From a virus: DNA of 45,440 nt. Below are positions 33,293 to 41,729 of this stretch, piece after piece (positions within the stretch are counted from its first letter, which is position 1; the number at the start of each line of letters is the position of its first letter). Location of the stretch: the IMG/VR virus record IMGVR_UViG_3300028610_001044; one strand, written 5' to 3'. Below the pieces are notes generated by a model. It did no database searches and had not been told where the DNA came from. It saw only the letters and a program-made list of their open reading frames with translations. The position numbers were made by a program, and so were the translations under genes.

Positions 33293-36160
33293 ATGGCAGA
33301 AGATTGGCGAAAAATCATAGACTCATTAGATGCACAAGGCAACGTGCCTGGCCGAAAGAAAGCTAAGAAGCCTGCTACAGAACCACGGCAACAACTAGGT
33401 TTAGCTGATGCTTTCGCTCGTGCGATTAGACCGTCCTCGTTGGCCGCTTTGGAGTTTAGCCAAGACCGAATCAGGGAGATACCAGAAATCATATCAGGTA
33501 TTGGTCGCGGCTTTGCAGCCCAAGGCCGTTCGACTTTAAGAAATCTTGACCCGCGTGAAATTGGGGGTGGTCCCAAAGAAGATGAGGTTATTAGAAAGTT
33601 CCGAACGGGGGAAATAACCAGAGAAGACATGAAGGCCCAGTTGGTCAATATAAGTAAAGAGAATTTAGCGGAGACTACCGAGGGGGCACTGACCACTCTT
33701 GGGTTTATCCCCGGTGTTGGCTTTAGCCGAGTGGGTCTTGGTTTGGCTGGAATTGGTGGTCTTCAAACCGGCCAAGCAGTAGCGGAAAAGGGAGTAGGCA
33801 GAGCGCTCAAAGAGGACACCCTAAAGATAGCTCTAGCTACCCTTGGAGCAAGGTCAGAGGTTGGAGCGTTCCGTAATCGCGTGGGAGCAGGCAGCAAGAT
33901 TCAGTTAAGCAAGTCTGTAAACGCAACCAAACAAGCAGTTCCAGAACCAACTCCCGCAGGCACACGGGCTAAGGGTGCAAAGATTCCAGTTCCTGAGTCA
34001 CCCTCTCGACCAGGCGGGCTAAGTCGTGCCGCCGAAGCGGGCAGACTAGACAGCAGCACTAGGGCGTTTGTTGAGAACCTGCCTGAGAACGAGGGGCTGT
34101 CTGCTCCTGACGCAATAAACCGTGGCGTTGCCATAAAGCCTAACGGCAAACCCTATACCCGAAAGAGCGGCAATTCGACTAGCCAGTTATATCTTGACGA
34201 GGTTAAACAGTATGGCCGAGAAACCAAGCCTACTGACAGAGAACTATTGAATCCACGCCTCTGGGCGCTCACGGCAGACGGTAGGGCTGTGCGCCCTGAC
34301 GGCTATGGTGGCGCGAACTACAGAGAGGTTATAGTCCCCACCAGAGAGGCAACTCTCGTCAGAGATAACGCTATCGGCGCAGACAAGGGTCGTGTGGCAC
34401 AGATTCACAGAAAGCACCGCATAACTGATGAGAAAAAAGCGTCAACGATTTTAGAAAAGGTGGGAGAAGAAGAACTAAATATTCCCCCCGAAGAACTAAT
34501 AACTACCCCATCATTTAAGGGCCACACCCAAAACGAGATAGCCTGGGCGCAAGAGATTCGTGGTGTTCTTAATGGGCTTCATGAAGACGCAAACATAGGT
34601 CGAGCTAAGGCGGGTCGTCCACAGATAGGGTTTATCAACAAGTACATGAGCCACATGAGGGAAAGAAACACGATTTGGGATGATTTTGTTGCGAAGAAAA
34701 ACGAGGACGTAGGCGCTGGCGCTGCTCCACTGCCAGATTTTATCAATCCCAACCAGCCGGTCAACCCTCACGCAAAACCCCGCTTGGCAAGAGGAAACAA
34801 GTACAACCGGAATGCTTTTGATGTGATTGATAACTACATAGACAACATGCACAAAGACACATACAACACACCCATAATTGAGAACGGCAAGATTCACGCA
34901 CAAGCACTAAGAGATGCGGGGCAACCAATAAATGCACGTTGGTTGGAAAGTTGGCTGTCTGAGACTTACGCGGGTGTGCCGGGCGCAGTAGATAGGGCAA
35001 TTAGCCTAACCCCCAAAAACGCTAGGGTGCTCGATAGTGTTAGGGGGAAGCTCCAAGGAGCCATCTTTAGCTGGAACGCATCGTGGACTACGTTTATCCA
35101 AACATCAAGCGCGGCCCTTACTTTTGGTCGGTTTGGTAGACATATGATTCCAGGGGCGATAGATTGGTTTGGAAGCCAGAAGTACCGCTCCCAACTAAGG
35201 TCAGACTCATACACTTTGCAAACAAAGGGCCGTCAGCGCGGGTCTTTTGTTAGTCAGGATATGGATAAACCCATAAAGGTTGATAGGTTCACCAATTTTG
35301 AAAAGGTGGACAATGTTGGGACATATCTAGGGCGTGTTGTAGAACACCACCTAACAGGCATGAGTGAGGCGGCGGGAAGACGAAAGGGACAGGCCCGTGG
35401 GCTTAAGGGCAAAGACCTTGACAACTTTGGTGCTGATGCAGGGGCAAACACACAGTCCATGTATAACCTAGAAGACCTGCCGGGGATACTTAGAAACAAG
35501 TCTGTCAAAACAGGCCTCCCCCTGCAAACTTTTTCAATGGAACTCTTTTCTATGTTCCGCGAAATCAAGGGAACCGTTGGAGAGATTACTCCCCTCAATC
35601 AGCGCATGGCAATGGGCTTACGTCTTGTTGGGGCGATGTATGCGGTTAATGCTGTTAACGAAGAACTTATTGGCCGCAAACCATTTACCTTACAGTCAGG
35701 CATTCCTTTTGTTGGGCCGCTCATAGGGGCTGCGAGAGGAAAGGCAGAGAAGGGCTTTTCAAACCAAAACCCCATAGTCCTAGCGGGGATTGCAGAGGAG
35801 TTTTATTTAGGATACAACGATCTCCTGAGAACAGGGAACACCAAAAGATTAAAAAGGGCTTTGATTACATGGGGTTCGGCAGCAGCAGGAGTTAAGGGCG
35901 GCGTACAGTTGAATAGAGTGTACGATACCGTAGAGGCCATAGCCAATGGCGGCGATGTTCTTAACAACCAAGGGGAACCCAAGTTTAATATCCAGGGGGA
36001 GGAGCTTCGTTCCCTTTTCTCTGGGCCATCAAGAACACAGGCCGGTATTGAGTTCTCTAGGAGCAATAAACGACCCTCCGCTATTGAGGCGTTCCAAAAA
36101 AGAACGGGTGGCGGAGGACAAGAACAGCCTAAAAGCTCATTTAAGTTCAGAGGGAGATAA
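33293..36160 (+). CDS. Large internal virion or DNA-ejection protein (putative)
   Basis: The largest ORF (955 aa), sitting before a virion-type peptidase and the fiber gene. Confidence 0.65.
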   Translation: MAEDWRKIIDSLDAQGNVPGRKKAKKPATEPRQQLGLADAFARAIRPSSLAALEFSQDRIREIPEIISGIGRGFAAQGRSTLRNLDPREIGGGPKEDEVIRKFRTGEITREDMKAQLVNISKENLAETTEGALTTLGFIPGVGFSRVGLGLAGIGGLQTGQAVAEKGVGRALKEDTLKIALATLGARSEVGAFRNRVGAGSKIQLSKSVNATKQAVPEPTPAGTRAKGAKIPVPESPSRPGGLSRAAEAGRLDSSTRAFVENLPENEGLSAPDAINRGVAIKPNGKPYTRKSGNSTSQLYLDEVKQYGRETKPTDRELLNPRLWALTADGRAVRPDGYGGANYREVIVPTREATLVRDNAIGADKGRVAQIHRKHRITDEKKASTILEKVGEEELNIPPEELITTPSFKGHTQNEIAWAQEIRGVLNGLHEDANIGRAKAGRPQIGFINKYMSHMRERNTIWDDFVAKKNEDVGAGAAPLPDFINPNQPVNPHAKPRLARGNKYNRNAFDVIDNYIDNMHKDTYNTPIIENGKIHAQALRDAGQPINARWLESWLSETYAGVPGAVDRAISLTPKNARVLDSVRGKLQGAIFSWNASWTTFIQTSSAALTFGRFGRHMIPGAIDWFGSQKYRSQLRSDSYTLQTKGRQRGSFVSQDMDKPIKVDRFTNFEKVDNVGTYLGRVVEHHLTGMSEAAGRRKGQARGLKGKDLDNFGADAGANTQSMYNLEDLPGILRNKSVKTGLPLQTFSMELFSMFREIKGTVGEITPLNQRMAMGLRLVGAMYAVNAVNEELIGRKPFTLQSGIPFVGPLIGAARGKAEKGFSNQNPIVLAGIAEEFYLGYNDLLRTGNTKRLKRALITWGSAAAGVKGGVQLNRVYDTVEAIANGGDVLNNQGEPKFNIQGEELRSLFSGPSRTQAGIEFSRSNKRPSAIEAFQKRTGGGGQEQPKSSFKFRGR

Positions 36161-36670
36161 ATGCCGCCACTTGATTTCATAGCGAAACGTAATTTAATAG
36201 CTGGTGTCGCATTAGGGATACAAAGAGAGAACCAAAGAGCCCAACAAGCTCCTCCGCAGCCGACACAACCCACTCAAAGTCAGGGGCAAGGCAAAAGCTC
36301 TCCCGCTGACCCCGGCGTTCCTTTAGGGCCACAACCAGTGGGTTCTCCCGTAGAGAGATGGAAAAGGTTTATGAGTGCTGTTGGTGGCGGGGTCACTGTC
36401 ACCTCCGGCTTTAGGTCTGTCGCTGAACAACAGGCTATATGGGATGCAACCCCAGTAGAGCGTAGGGGGAAGTGGGTGGCCCGTCCTGGTTCGTCGTTCC
36501 ACAACAAACGGATTGGTGGATTATCAGGAGCACAGGATTTAGCATGGTCATCCCCGGAAGTCAGAAATAGATTCCGTGAATTGGCTCCCAAGTATGGGTT
36601 CTGGCAACCACTAAGTTACGAGGACTGGCACTGGGAACCAATAGAGACTAGAGGTCAGCGGGGTAGATAA
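36161..36670 (+). CDS. Peptidase M15 (VanY / L-Ala-D-Glu peptidase-like) cell-wall hydrolase
   Basis: SGFRSVAEQQ...ARPGSSFH...GAQDL...YGFWQPLSYEDWHWE matches the SxHxxGxAxD ... WH zinc-peptidase layout. Confidence 0.75.
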   Translation: MPPLDFIAKRNLIAGVALGIQRENQRAQQAPPQPTQPTQSQGQGKSSPADPGVPLGPQPVGSPVERWKRFMSAVGGGVTVTSGFRSVAEQQAIWDATPVERRGKWVARPGSSFHNKRIGGLSGAQDLAWSSPEVRNRFRELAPKYGFWQPLSYEDWHWEPIETRGQRGR

Positions 36671-36716
36671 TGTTATAATGCCAATGCCCTTAAACAAGAA
36701 ACCTAAGAGGTAGATA

Positions 36717-37772
36717 ATGCCTACAGAAGAAGACGTAGTAAGACAGATAGTTCGGGATGAACTAGAAAAGAATAGACGATATCTCCGAGTTGATGGAGGG
36801 AACCGTCTAGACGAAGACATTGACTTTAACCGCCAGGAAGTCAAAGGTCTTCGTTTTCATAATATGACATCGACCGAGCGCAGGGCATTATTCGATGTCA
36901 AGATAGGGATGGTTGTTTCTGAAACCGATACTGGCGATGCCCTAATCTACATCGCAGACAACAGTGGCATAAGAGGATGGAGAAGTATCGTGAGTAGTGA
37001 CTTTCTATTAGAGGTAGCCAAAGGCAATGTCCCTGGTCATAGTTCTGACAATAAGTTTGGCAGGAATATCGAGGTTGATTCTGGGGTTACTGCTGACGTT
37101 TGGGATGGGGGCCATACCGTAGCGAGTGGGGGTACTTCACTTATCTGGCTGGCTCCTACGGCCGCTAGGATACACACCATAGCCTCTACAAGCGCCAACG
37201 ACGACACAGGAGGCACGGGAGCAAACTCTGTAAAGATAAACTATCTCCCCGATTGGGATACGGGGGAAGCAACCGAGACTGTTACAGGAGACTTAAACGC
37301 AGGCATAGCTATGAGCAATGCAGCCGTTATGATAAACAGAATGGAAGTTATCATTCAATCAACGTCTACAACGATAAACGCTGGTGAGATAACAGCTACG
37401 GCGGCTACGGACTCTACGGTAACAGCGCGAATAAGAATAGGACAAGGCCAGACGCAGACGGCTATATACGGAATCCCCTCAACTCAGAAATTAAAGATTG
37501 GTAGGTTCTATGCAAACGTAAATAAGGCCGGGGGTGCAGCGGGGCTTCTTGACGTTACCATGCTTGCCAATACGGCCCCAGACACAAATACAACAGAATT
37601 TATAACCAAGCACACATTTGGACTTCAAACAGTAGGAACGTCTGCATTTACAATCCCCTACTATGTACCCAAGAAAATAGATGGCCCGGCAATCGTTAAA
37701 GTCCAAGTAGCCAGCAATACGAACGATATGGACGTCTCCGCAGGATTTGATTTTGTAGTAGTAGATAACTAG
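36717..37772 (+). CDS. Tail fiber or receptor-binding protein (putative)
   Basis: 351 aa at the end of the structural module, with a β-rich Thr/Ala/Gly C-terminal region. Confidence 0.5.
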   Translation: MPTEEDVVRQIVRDELEKNRRYLRVDGGNRLDEDIDFNRQEVKGLRFHNMTSTERRALFDVKIGMVVSETDTGDALIYIADNSGIRGWRSIVSSDFLLEVAKGNVPGHSSDNKFGRNIEVDSGVTADVWDGGHTVASGGTSLIWLAPTAARIHTIASTSANDDTGGTGANSVKINYLPDWDTGEATETVTGDLNAGIAMSNAAVMINRMEVIIQSTSTTINAGEITATAATDSTVTARIRIGQGQTQTAIYGIPSTQKLKIGRFYANVNKAGGAAGLLDVTMLANTAPDTNTTEFITKHTFGLQTVGTSAFTIPYYVPKKIDGPAIVKVQVASNTNDMDVSAGFDFVVVDN

Positions 37773-37782
37773 AAGGGGTAAT

Positions 37783-38169
37783 ATGGCATTAGTAAAGACA
37801 CTAAAAGGAACGACCCAAGACTTTACCGCTTCATGGGTAGACTATGGACCAGAAGTAAGCACTGATGGATTTGATTGTATGTCAATATGGCTGAACATAG
37901 CCATAAATGATACTCAAAATGCCCGCCTGAGAATATTGTCTAAACATACTAGCGGAGGAAATGAATATGTCCACTCAATAGAAGCAATAACCGCCTCAGT
38001 GGTAAACACAGAAGATGAATATTTTGAGTTCACAACTGACGAGGATGCAAAAAGAGTTATTGAAGTTATCCTTGATGTTGTTATCCCATATGTTCAGGTT
38101 CAGATACAGGCAGGGACGGTAGGAGCTACGGCTGGGCGGATATTAGCTTCTAAATATATATTGCAATGA
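37783..38169 (+). CDS. Hypothetical protein
   Basis: 128-aa ORF with AAGGGGTAAT before the ATG. Confidence 0.7.
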   Translation: MALVKTLKGTTQDFTASWVDYGPEVSTDGFDCMSIWLNIAINDTQNARLRILSKHTSGGNEYVHSIEAITASVVNTEDEYFEFTTDEDAKRVIEVILDVVIPYVQVQIQAGTVGATAGRILASKYILQ

Positions 38170-38190
38170 ATCGACGACTAAAGGAGAGGC

Positions 38191-38496
38191 ATGGAATCAC
38201 TGATTGTTAAGATAATAGAAACCAGCATCATTGGTGGTCTATTTTTGTTTGGTATGAAAGAGTTTTTTGGCTACCTAAAAAATAGAAACAACAGGGCAGA
38301 CCAAAGAGAAGCAGACATGATCGACCTACAAAGAGAAAACCAAAAGATTCAATCAAACCACATGGTTCACTCCACCCAAGCGATAAACGACTTAACCCAA
38401 GTGGTGGGGAAAAGCACAAAAGCATCGGAAGCATTGGTAGATATAGCTGAATCCTGTGCTTTAGTCCAGAACCAGAAGAAGAATAGGGCCAAGTAG
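38191..38496 (+). CDS. Lysis-associated membrane protein (holin candidate)
   Basis: N-terminal TM segment IIETSIIGGLFLFGMKEFF. It lies directly upstream of the endolysin, with a strong SD. Confidence 0.5.
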   Translation: MESLIVKIIETSIIGGLFLFGMKEFFGYLKNRNNRADQREADMIDLQRENQKIQSNHMVHSTQAINDLTQVVGKSTKASEALVDIAESCALVQNQKKNRAK

Positions 38497-38564
38497 CTTG
38501 TGTAACGCGCTGAGAGCGACGCTAAGAGGTTTCCAGACACCTTTGAGGGGTAGACTATGCGAAA

Positions 38565-39200
38565 GTGGGACAAATGAGGAGAATAACTAAGGCGATTGTC
38601 CATTATAGCGCATCTAAGGACGTTCCCGCCTCCACCATCAGAAGATGGCATTTAAACCGAGGCTTTAAAGATTGCGGATATCACAAAGTCATCAGAAGAG
38701 ATGGTTCTGTTGAATTAGGTAGACCCGAATCAGAGATCGGCGCACACACTAAAGGATTTAACAAAGAATCTCTAGGAGTTGTCCTAACCGGAAGTAATGA
38801 CGAACCCTGGTATGCCACGGACGCTCAATACCGTAGTCTTAATAGGGTGTTGGAAGATTGGATAGCCAAGTACGGGATTATGACGACACAGATATTCTTT
38901 CATAAGGAACTTAACGCTACTTCATGTCCGGGTAGATTAGATAAGAAAAGAATACTGGCCGCATTAGAAAGGGAGCCGATGTATCAAAGAGGACGAAGTA
39001 TTAGATGGCCCAACGTACCAAGTGGAGACAAAATAGTAGTTGGTAATCCACACCCAAGCAAGCGCATCAAGGTTAAGATAAGAAATGGTGGAGTAACAGA
39101 TACTCAGTATCTACGACCAGAAACCTCCACTACGATCACAGCTAAGGGTGGGTACTTAAAGTGTCGCTCCCTGGCTGTTATGGATTCTGTTTATAGTTAA
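38565..39200 (+). CDS. N-acetylmuramoyl-L-alanine amidase (Amidase_2/PGRP, T7-lysozyme-like) endolysin with C-terminal extension
   Basis: AIVHYSAS...WH...RGF.DCGYH.VIRRDG.VE.GRP...GAH.KGFN..SLGV...ATSCPG. The start may instead be ATG 38574. Confidence 0.9.
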   Translation: MGQMRRITKAIVHYSASKDVPASTIRRWHLNRGFKDCGYHKVIRRDGSVELGRPESEIGAHTKGFNKESLGVVLTGSNDEPWYATDAQYRSLNRVLEDWIAKYGIMTTQIFFHKELNATSCPGRLDKKRILAALEREPMYQRGRSIRWPNVPSGDKIVVGNPHPSKRIKVKIRNGGVTDTQYLRPETSTTITAKGGYLKCRSLAVMDSVYS

Positions 39201-39391
39201 TCCTCAAACGCAGTTTGAGAAGAACGTCTACACATTGCTCCGTCACATATTGTTGGTGGCCCCTGTTCACCGCTACATTCTGCCGTATGTGGATGAGGGT
39301 TACGATGAGAACAGTCGTTGACCTCCCATCCACAAATAGGGCTTGCCTCGTTACACTTTACTATAGCCCCTAGCTCTACTGCGGAAATCAT
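39197..39391 (-). CDS. Cys-rich 64-aa protein
   Basis: ATGA-coupled to the upstream gene, with 7 Cys. The last codons (SSQTAFED) are encoded by palindrome P2. Confidence 0.6.
   Translation of the reverse strand: MISAVELGAIVKCNEASPICGWEVNDCSHRNPHPHTAECSGEQGPPTICDGAMCRRSSQTAFED
39203..39219. repeat. Palindrome family member P2: CTCAAAC-GCA-GTTTGAG
   Basis: Perfect 7+7 arms. It lies at the convergence point of the endolysin (+) and the minus-strand operon. Confidence 0.9.
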
Positions 39392-39627
39392 TTGTCCTCC
39401 TTAATATACCAAGTTGCTCCGCCATCACATACCGACACCATGCAACTATCACAATCTTTAGGCTTATCGCATAGATGCTTGTACCCTGGCCTGCATTCAC
39501 CAGACATTTCGTCACAAGGCTCAAGGTCTTCTAGCTCACAGCCACACTCTCCATGAGGATTGAGTAAACCACCGTAGTTGTTCTCAATTAGATGTGTTCG
39601 GACAATCTCGTAGACAGTAGCGTTCAT
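39388..39627 (-). CDS. Cys-rich 79-aa protein (GECGCELEDLEPC...C.PGY motif)
   Basis: GAGGAG SD and ATGA coupling. 9 Cys. Confidence 0.7.
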   Translation of the reverse strand: MNATVYEIVRTHLIENNYGGLLNPHGECGCELEDLEPCDEMSGECRPGYKHLCDKPKDCDSCMVSVCDGGATWYIKEDK

Positions 39628-39860
39628 GTTAGCTCCTCTCTTAGTTGGAAGTCTGATTTGCAGTTAAGGGTATATTCCTCAACCCAATCGTTAGTTGCAG
39701 TACAACCAGTTATAAGCGCCCCTTCATGTACCGCTGTTATCTCTAGGTGTTTACAAACAAAACAACACTTCTTTATGGTTACGGTGTCAGCCTGTTTTTT
39801 GGGTAGCTTCCTTAGTTCTTCTATTCCCAGCGTACTACCTATGCGTTTTTCTTCACTCAT
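39624..39860 (-). CDS. Hypothetical 78-aa protein (CCFVC...C...C)
   Basis: ATG 39860 lies 5 nt after GGGAGGAG and overlaps the upstream stop by 8 nt. Confidence 0.65.
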   Translation of the reverse strand: MSEEKRIGSTLGIEELRKLPKKQADTVTIKKCCFVCKHLEITAVHEGALITGCTATNDWVEEYTLNCKSDFQLREELT

Positions 39861-40116
39861 TCGCTCTCCTCCCAAAGTATTCCCTATACCGTTTATTGTT
39901 GTCCTTCTTCTGCTTATCAGTTAGGGTTGGGCCTCTTTCTTCCCTTTTCTCTTTTGCTCTGATATTGCGTTGGGTCTTAGCCCTCTCGTGTGATTCGGGG
40001 TCTACTATCCTACGGATATATGATCTACTCTTACCGTACTTCTCTGATACTTTAGATAGAGAGCCTAGTTCTATGTAGCTTTTCTTTATGTCCTCAAACT
40101 CCGTTTGAGAGGTCAT
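39853..40116 (-). CDS. Small basic helix-turn-helix protein
   Basis: LSKVSEKYGKSRSYIRRIV is HTH-like, with a Lys/Arg-rich tail. ATGA-coupled to the rtcB stop. Confidence 0.65.
   Translation of the reverse strand: MTSQTEFEDIKKSYIELGSLSKVSEKYGKSRSYIRRIVDPESHERAKTQRNIRAKEKREERGPTLTDKQKKDNNKRYREYFGRRANE
40093..40109. repeat. Palindrome family member P3: CTCAAAC-TCC-GTTTGAG
   Basis: Perfect 7+7 arms and the same extended flanks as P2 (TCCTCAAAC...GTTTGAGA). It covers codons 3-8 of the gene just downstream of rtcB. Confidence 0.9.
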
Positions 40117-41258
40117 CCTTTAATCACCGCTAGTGGGGTCAATTCATACTCAACATCAACAAGGTCTGTTTGGTTGTCCATCACTGTCTCAATTTTCTTG
40201 TATGCCCCCGGCGCTTCGTCTAAGTCTTGAACACCCCTCACCGAATGAATTACCCCTAAGTCATCCAACCTCTTTGTTTCGTCCTCTAAGTTAAGTTCCC
40301 GTTGTGCTTGTTTTCTCCCCATCCTACGCCCAGCCCCATGAGAACATGACTTGAACGCCTCTGGATGCCCCTTCCCTTTGACAATATAACTAGAGCTACC
40401 CTGTGACCCAGGGATAATCCCAAGTTGACCCTCGTAGGCTTTCGTAGCGCCTTTGCGGTGAACCATTACGTTTCTACCATAGTGGTTCTCCATAGCAGCG
40501 TAGTTGTGGGCTATATTGATTAGTTCGTTTAGCGGGGTAGTAGCCATAATGTCTAGAACCTTGTCCATCATGTGTCTGCGGCTGGCTAAGGCGAAGTCCA
40601 CACAGTATTGCATCTCTGCCATGTAGAGCTTCCCTTCTTTGCTGTCCATCGGCAGGAACGCTAGCTGCCAGTTCTTCGGGACTTGAGAATAGTATTGTGC
40701 GTTTACCTCGATAGCCAGCTTGTTATAAGTATCAGCAACTTGTTTCCCTAAGTTCCTAGAACCGGAATGAATCATCACCCATATATGATTGTCTTGGTCT
40801 TTCTGTATTTCGATAAAGTGGTTGCCGCCACCTAAAGTTCCTAAAGACTTCTGTGCGTTAGAATATTCTCTGTGGACTATAGGCAAATCAAAACCAGCTC
40901 CACCACTCGGCATCCCAACCTGATTCTTGCTGTGCTTATTAAACCCCACCGGGACTGCTTGTCGTATCTCGCTCATTATCTTCTTGAGCTTTTCTGTCGG
41001 TAGTTCCATCTCACCTAAATCAACCGCACACATACCACAGCCTATGTCTACGCCTACTGCGTTAGGCACGACCACCCCCTGAGTCGCCATCACCCCACCG
41101 ATGGGCATACCGTAGCCCTGGTGGGCGTCAGGCATGATGGCTATGTGTTTGAAAATGAATGGTAAGTTGGCAAGGTGGTTCGCTTGGTCTAACGCCCCAT
41201 CCTCAATGTCCTCCAACCACATCTTAATCGGCAACTTCTCTGTAGCTACTACTTTCAT
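40113..41258 (-). CDS. rtcB: RNA 3'-phosphate/5'-OH ligase RtcB
   Basis: Full-length RtcB signatures are present: MPDAHQGYGMPIGGV, GVDIGCGM, GGGNHFIE, HSGSRNLG, NIAHNY and SCSHGAGR. Confidence 0.95.
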   Translation of the reverse strand: MKVVATEKLPIKMWLEDIEDGALDQANHLANLPFIFKHIAIMPDAHQGYGMPIGGVMATQGVVVPNAVGVDIGCGMCAVDLGEMELPTEKLKKIMSEIRQAVPVGFNKHSKNQVGMPSGGAGFDLPIVHREYSNAQKSLGTLGGGNHFIEIQKDQDNHIWVMIHSGSRNLGKQVADTYNKLAIEVNAQYYSQVPKNWQLAFLPMDSKEGKLYMAEMQYCVDFALASRRHMMDKVLDIMATTPLNELINIAHNYAAMENHYGRNVMVHRKGATKAYEGQLGIIPGSQGSSSYIVKGKGHPEAFKSCSHGAGRRMGRKQAQRELNLEDETKRLDDLGVIHSVRGVQDLDEAPGAYKKIETVMDNQTDLVDVEYELTPLAVIKG

Positions 41259-41290
41259 GTTCTTCCTCCTTAAATCGGTTGCCTAATCAT

Positions 41291-41319
41291 ATGGTAGCAG
41301 GTATAGGATTGCTTGTCAA
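41291..41319 (-). promoter_or_regulatory. Sigma70-like promoter for rtcB: TTGACA-17 nt-TACCAT (minus strand)
   Basis: Hexamers were read on the reverse complement, about 30 nt upstream of the rtcB SD (AAGGAGGAAGAAC). Confidence 0.5.
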
Positions 41320-41371
41320 GTAGTTCTATTAAAGAGATGCGGCTAAGGGGATCGTTATGTTTATCTTGTAA

Positions 41372-41638
41372 TTATTCTTTACTAATGACAATGGTCTGGG
41401 CTCTAGCTTCCCAATCAGTGTCGCAACAGCTTGAGTAGAGGTATCCCCCACCACAGTCTCTATCGTCAGACCACTCAAGGAACTCTTTACACTCGGGACA
41501 ACGGGTACTAAAAAGTATTGTGTCATAAGTAGCCATCAACCCCTTAGCATCCATCTCTTCTCGCTTCTGAGCTATATTAATAGCAATACCATCAAAGATT
41601 GTTATGTGTGTGTCTTTATCATATTTCCAATTACTCAT
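41372..41638 (-). CDS. Hypothetical 88-aa Cys-containing protein
   Basis: ATG 41638 lies 5 nt after GAGAGGAG; the track TTG start at 41677 was rejected. Motif CPEC...C...CC. Confidence 0.65.
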   Translation of the reverse strand: MSNWKYDKDTHITIFDGIAINIAQKREEMDAKGLMATYDTILFSTRCPECKEFLEWSDDRDCGGGYLYSSCCDTDWEARAQTIVISKE

Positions 41639-41672
41639 CTCTACTCCTCTCAAGTGTAGGTTTCTTTTGGTC

Positions 41673-41689
41673 GTCAAACAAAGTTTGAC
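41673..41689. repeat. Palindrome family member P4: GTCAAAC-AAA-GTTTGAC
   Basis: Perfect 7+7 arms. It sits in the divergent region between the minus-strand operon and the ORF-free plus-strand unit. The flank 41664..41679 is the reverse complement of 4228..4243. Confidence 0.9.
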
Positions 41690-41729
41690 TATATGATTGA
41701 TTAATTATGATATTCATTTGATATTATGG

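Noticed and set aside
33061-33696. 211-aa minus-strand ORF, and similar antisense ORFs at 1082..1555, 15269..15733, 21176..21703, 34511..34903 and 35803..36273
   Set aside because: They lie entirely antisense to long, well-supported structural or packaging genes. They have no SD sequences and low-complexity Ser/Pro/Arg-rich products, the typical shadow ORFs of a moderately GC-rich coding strand.
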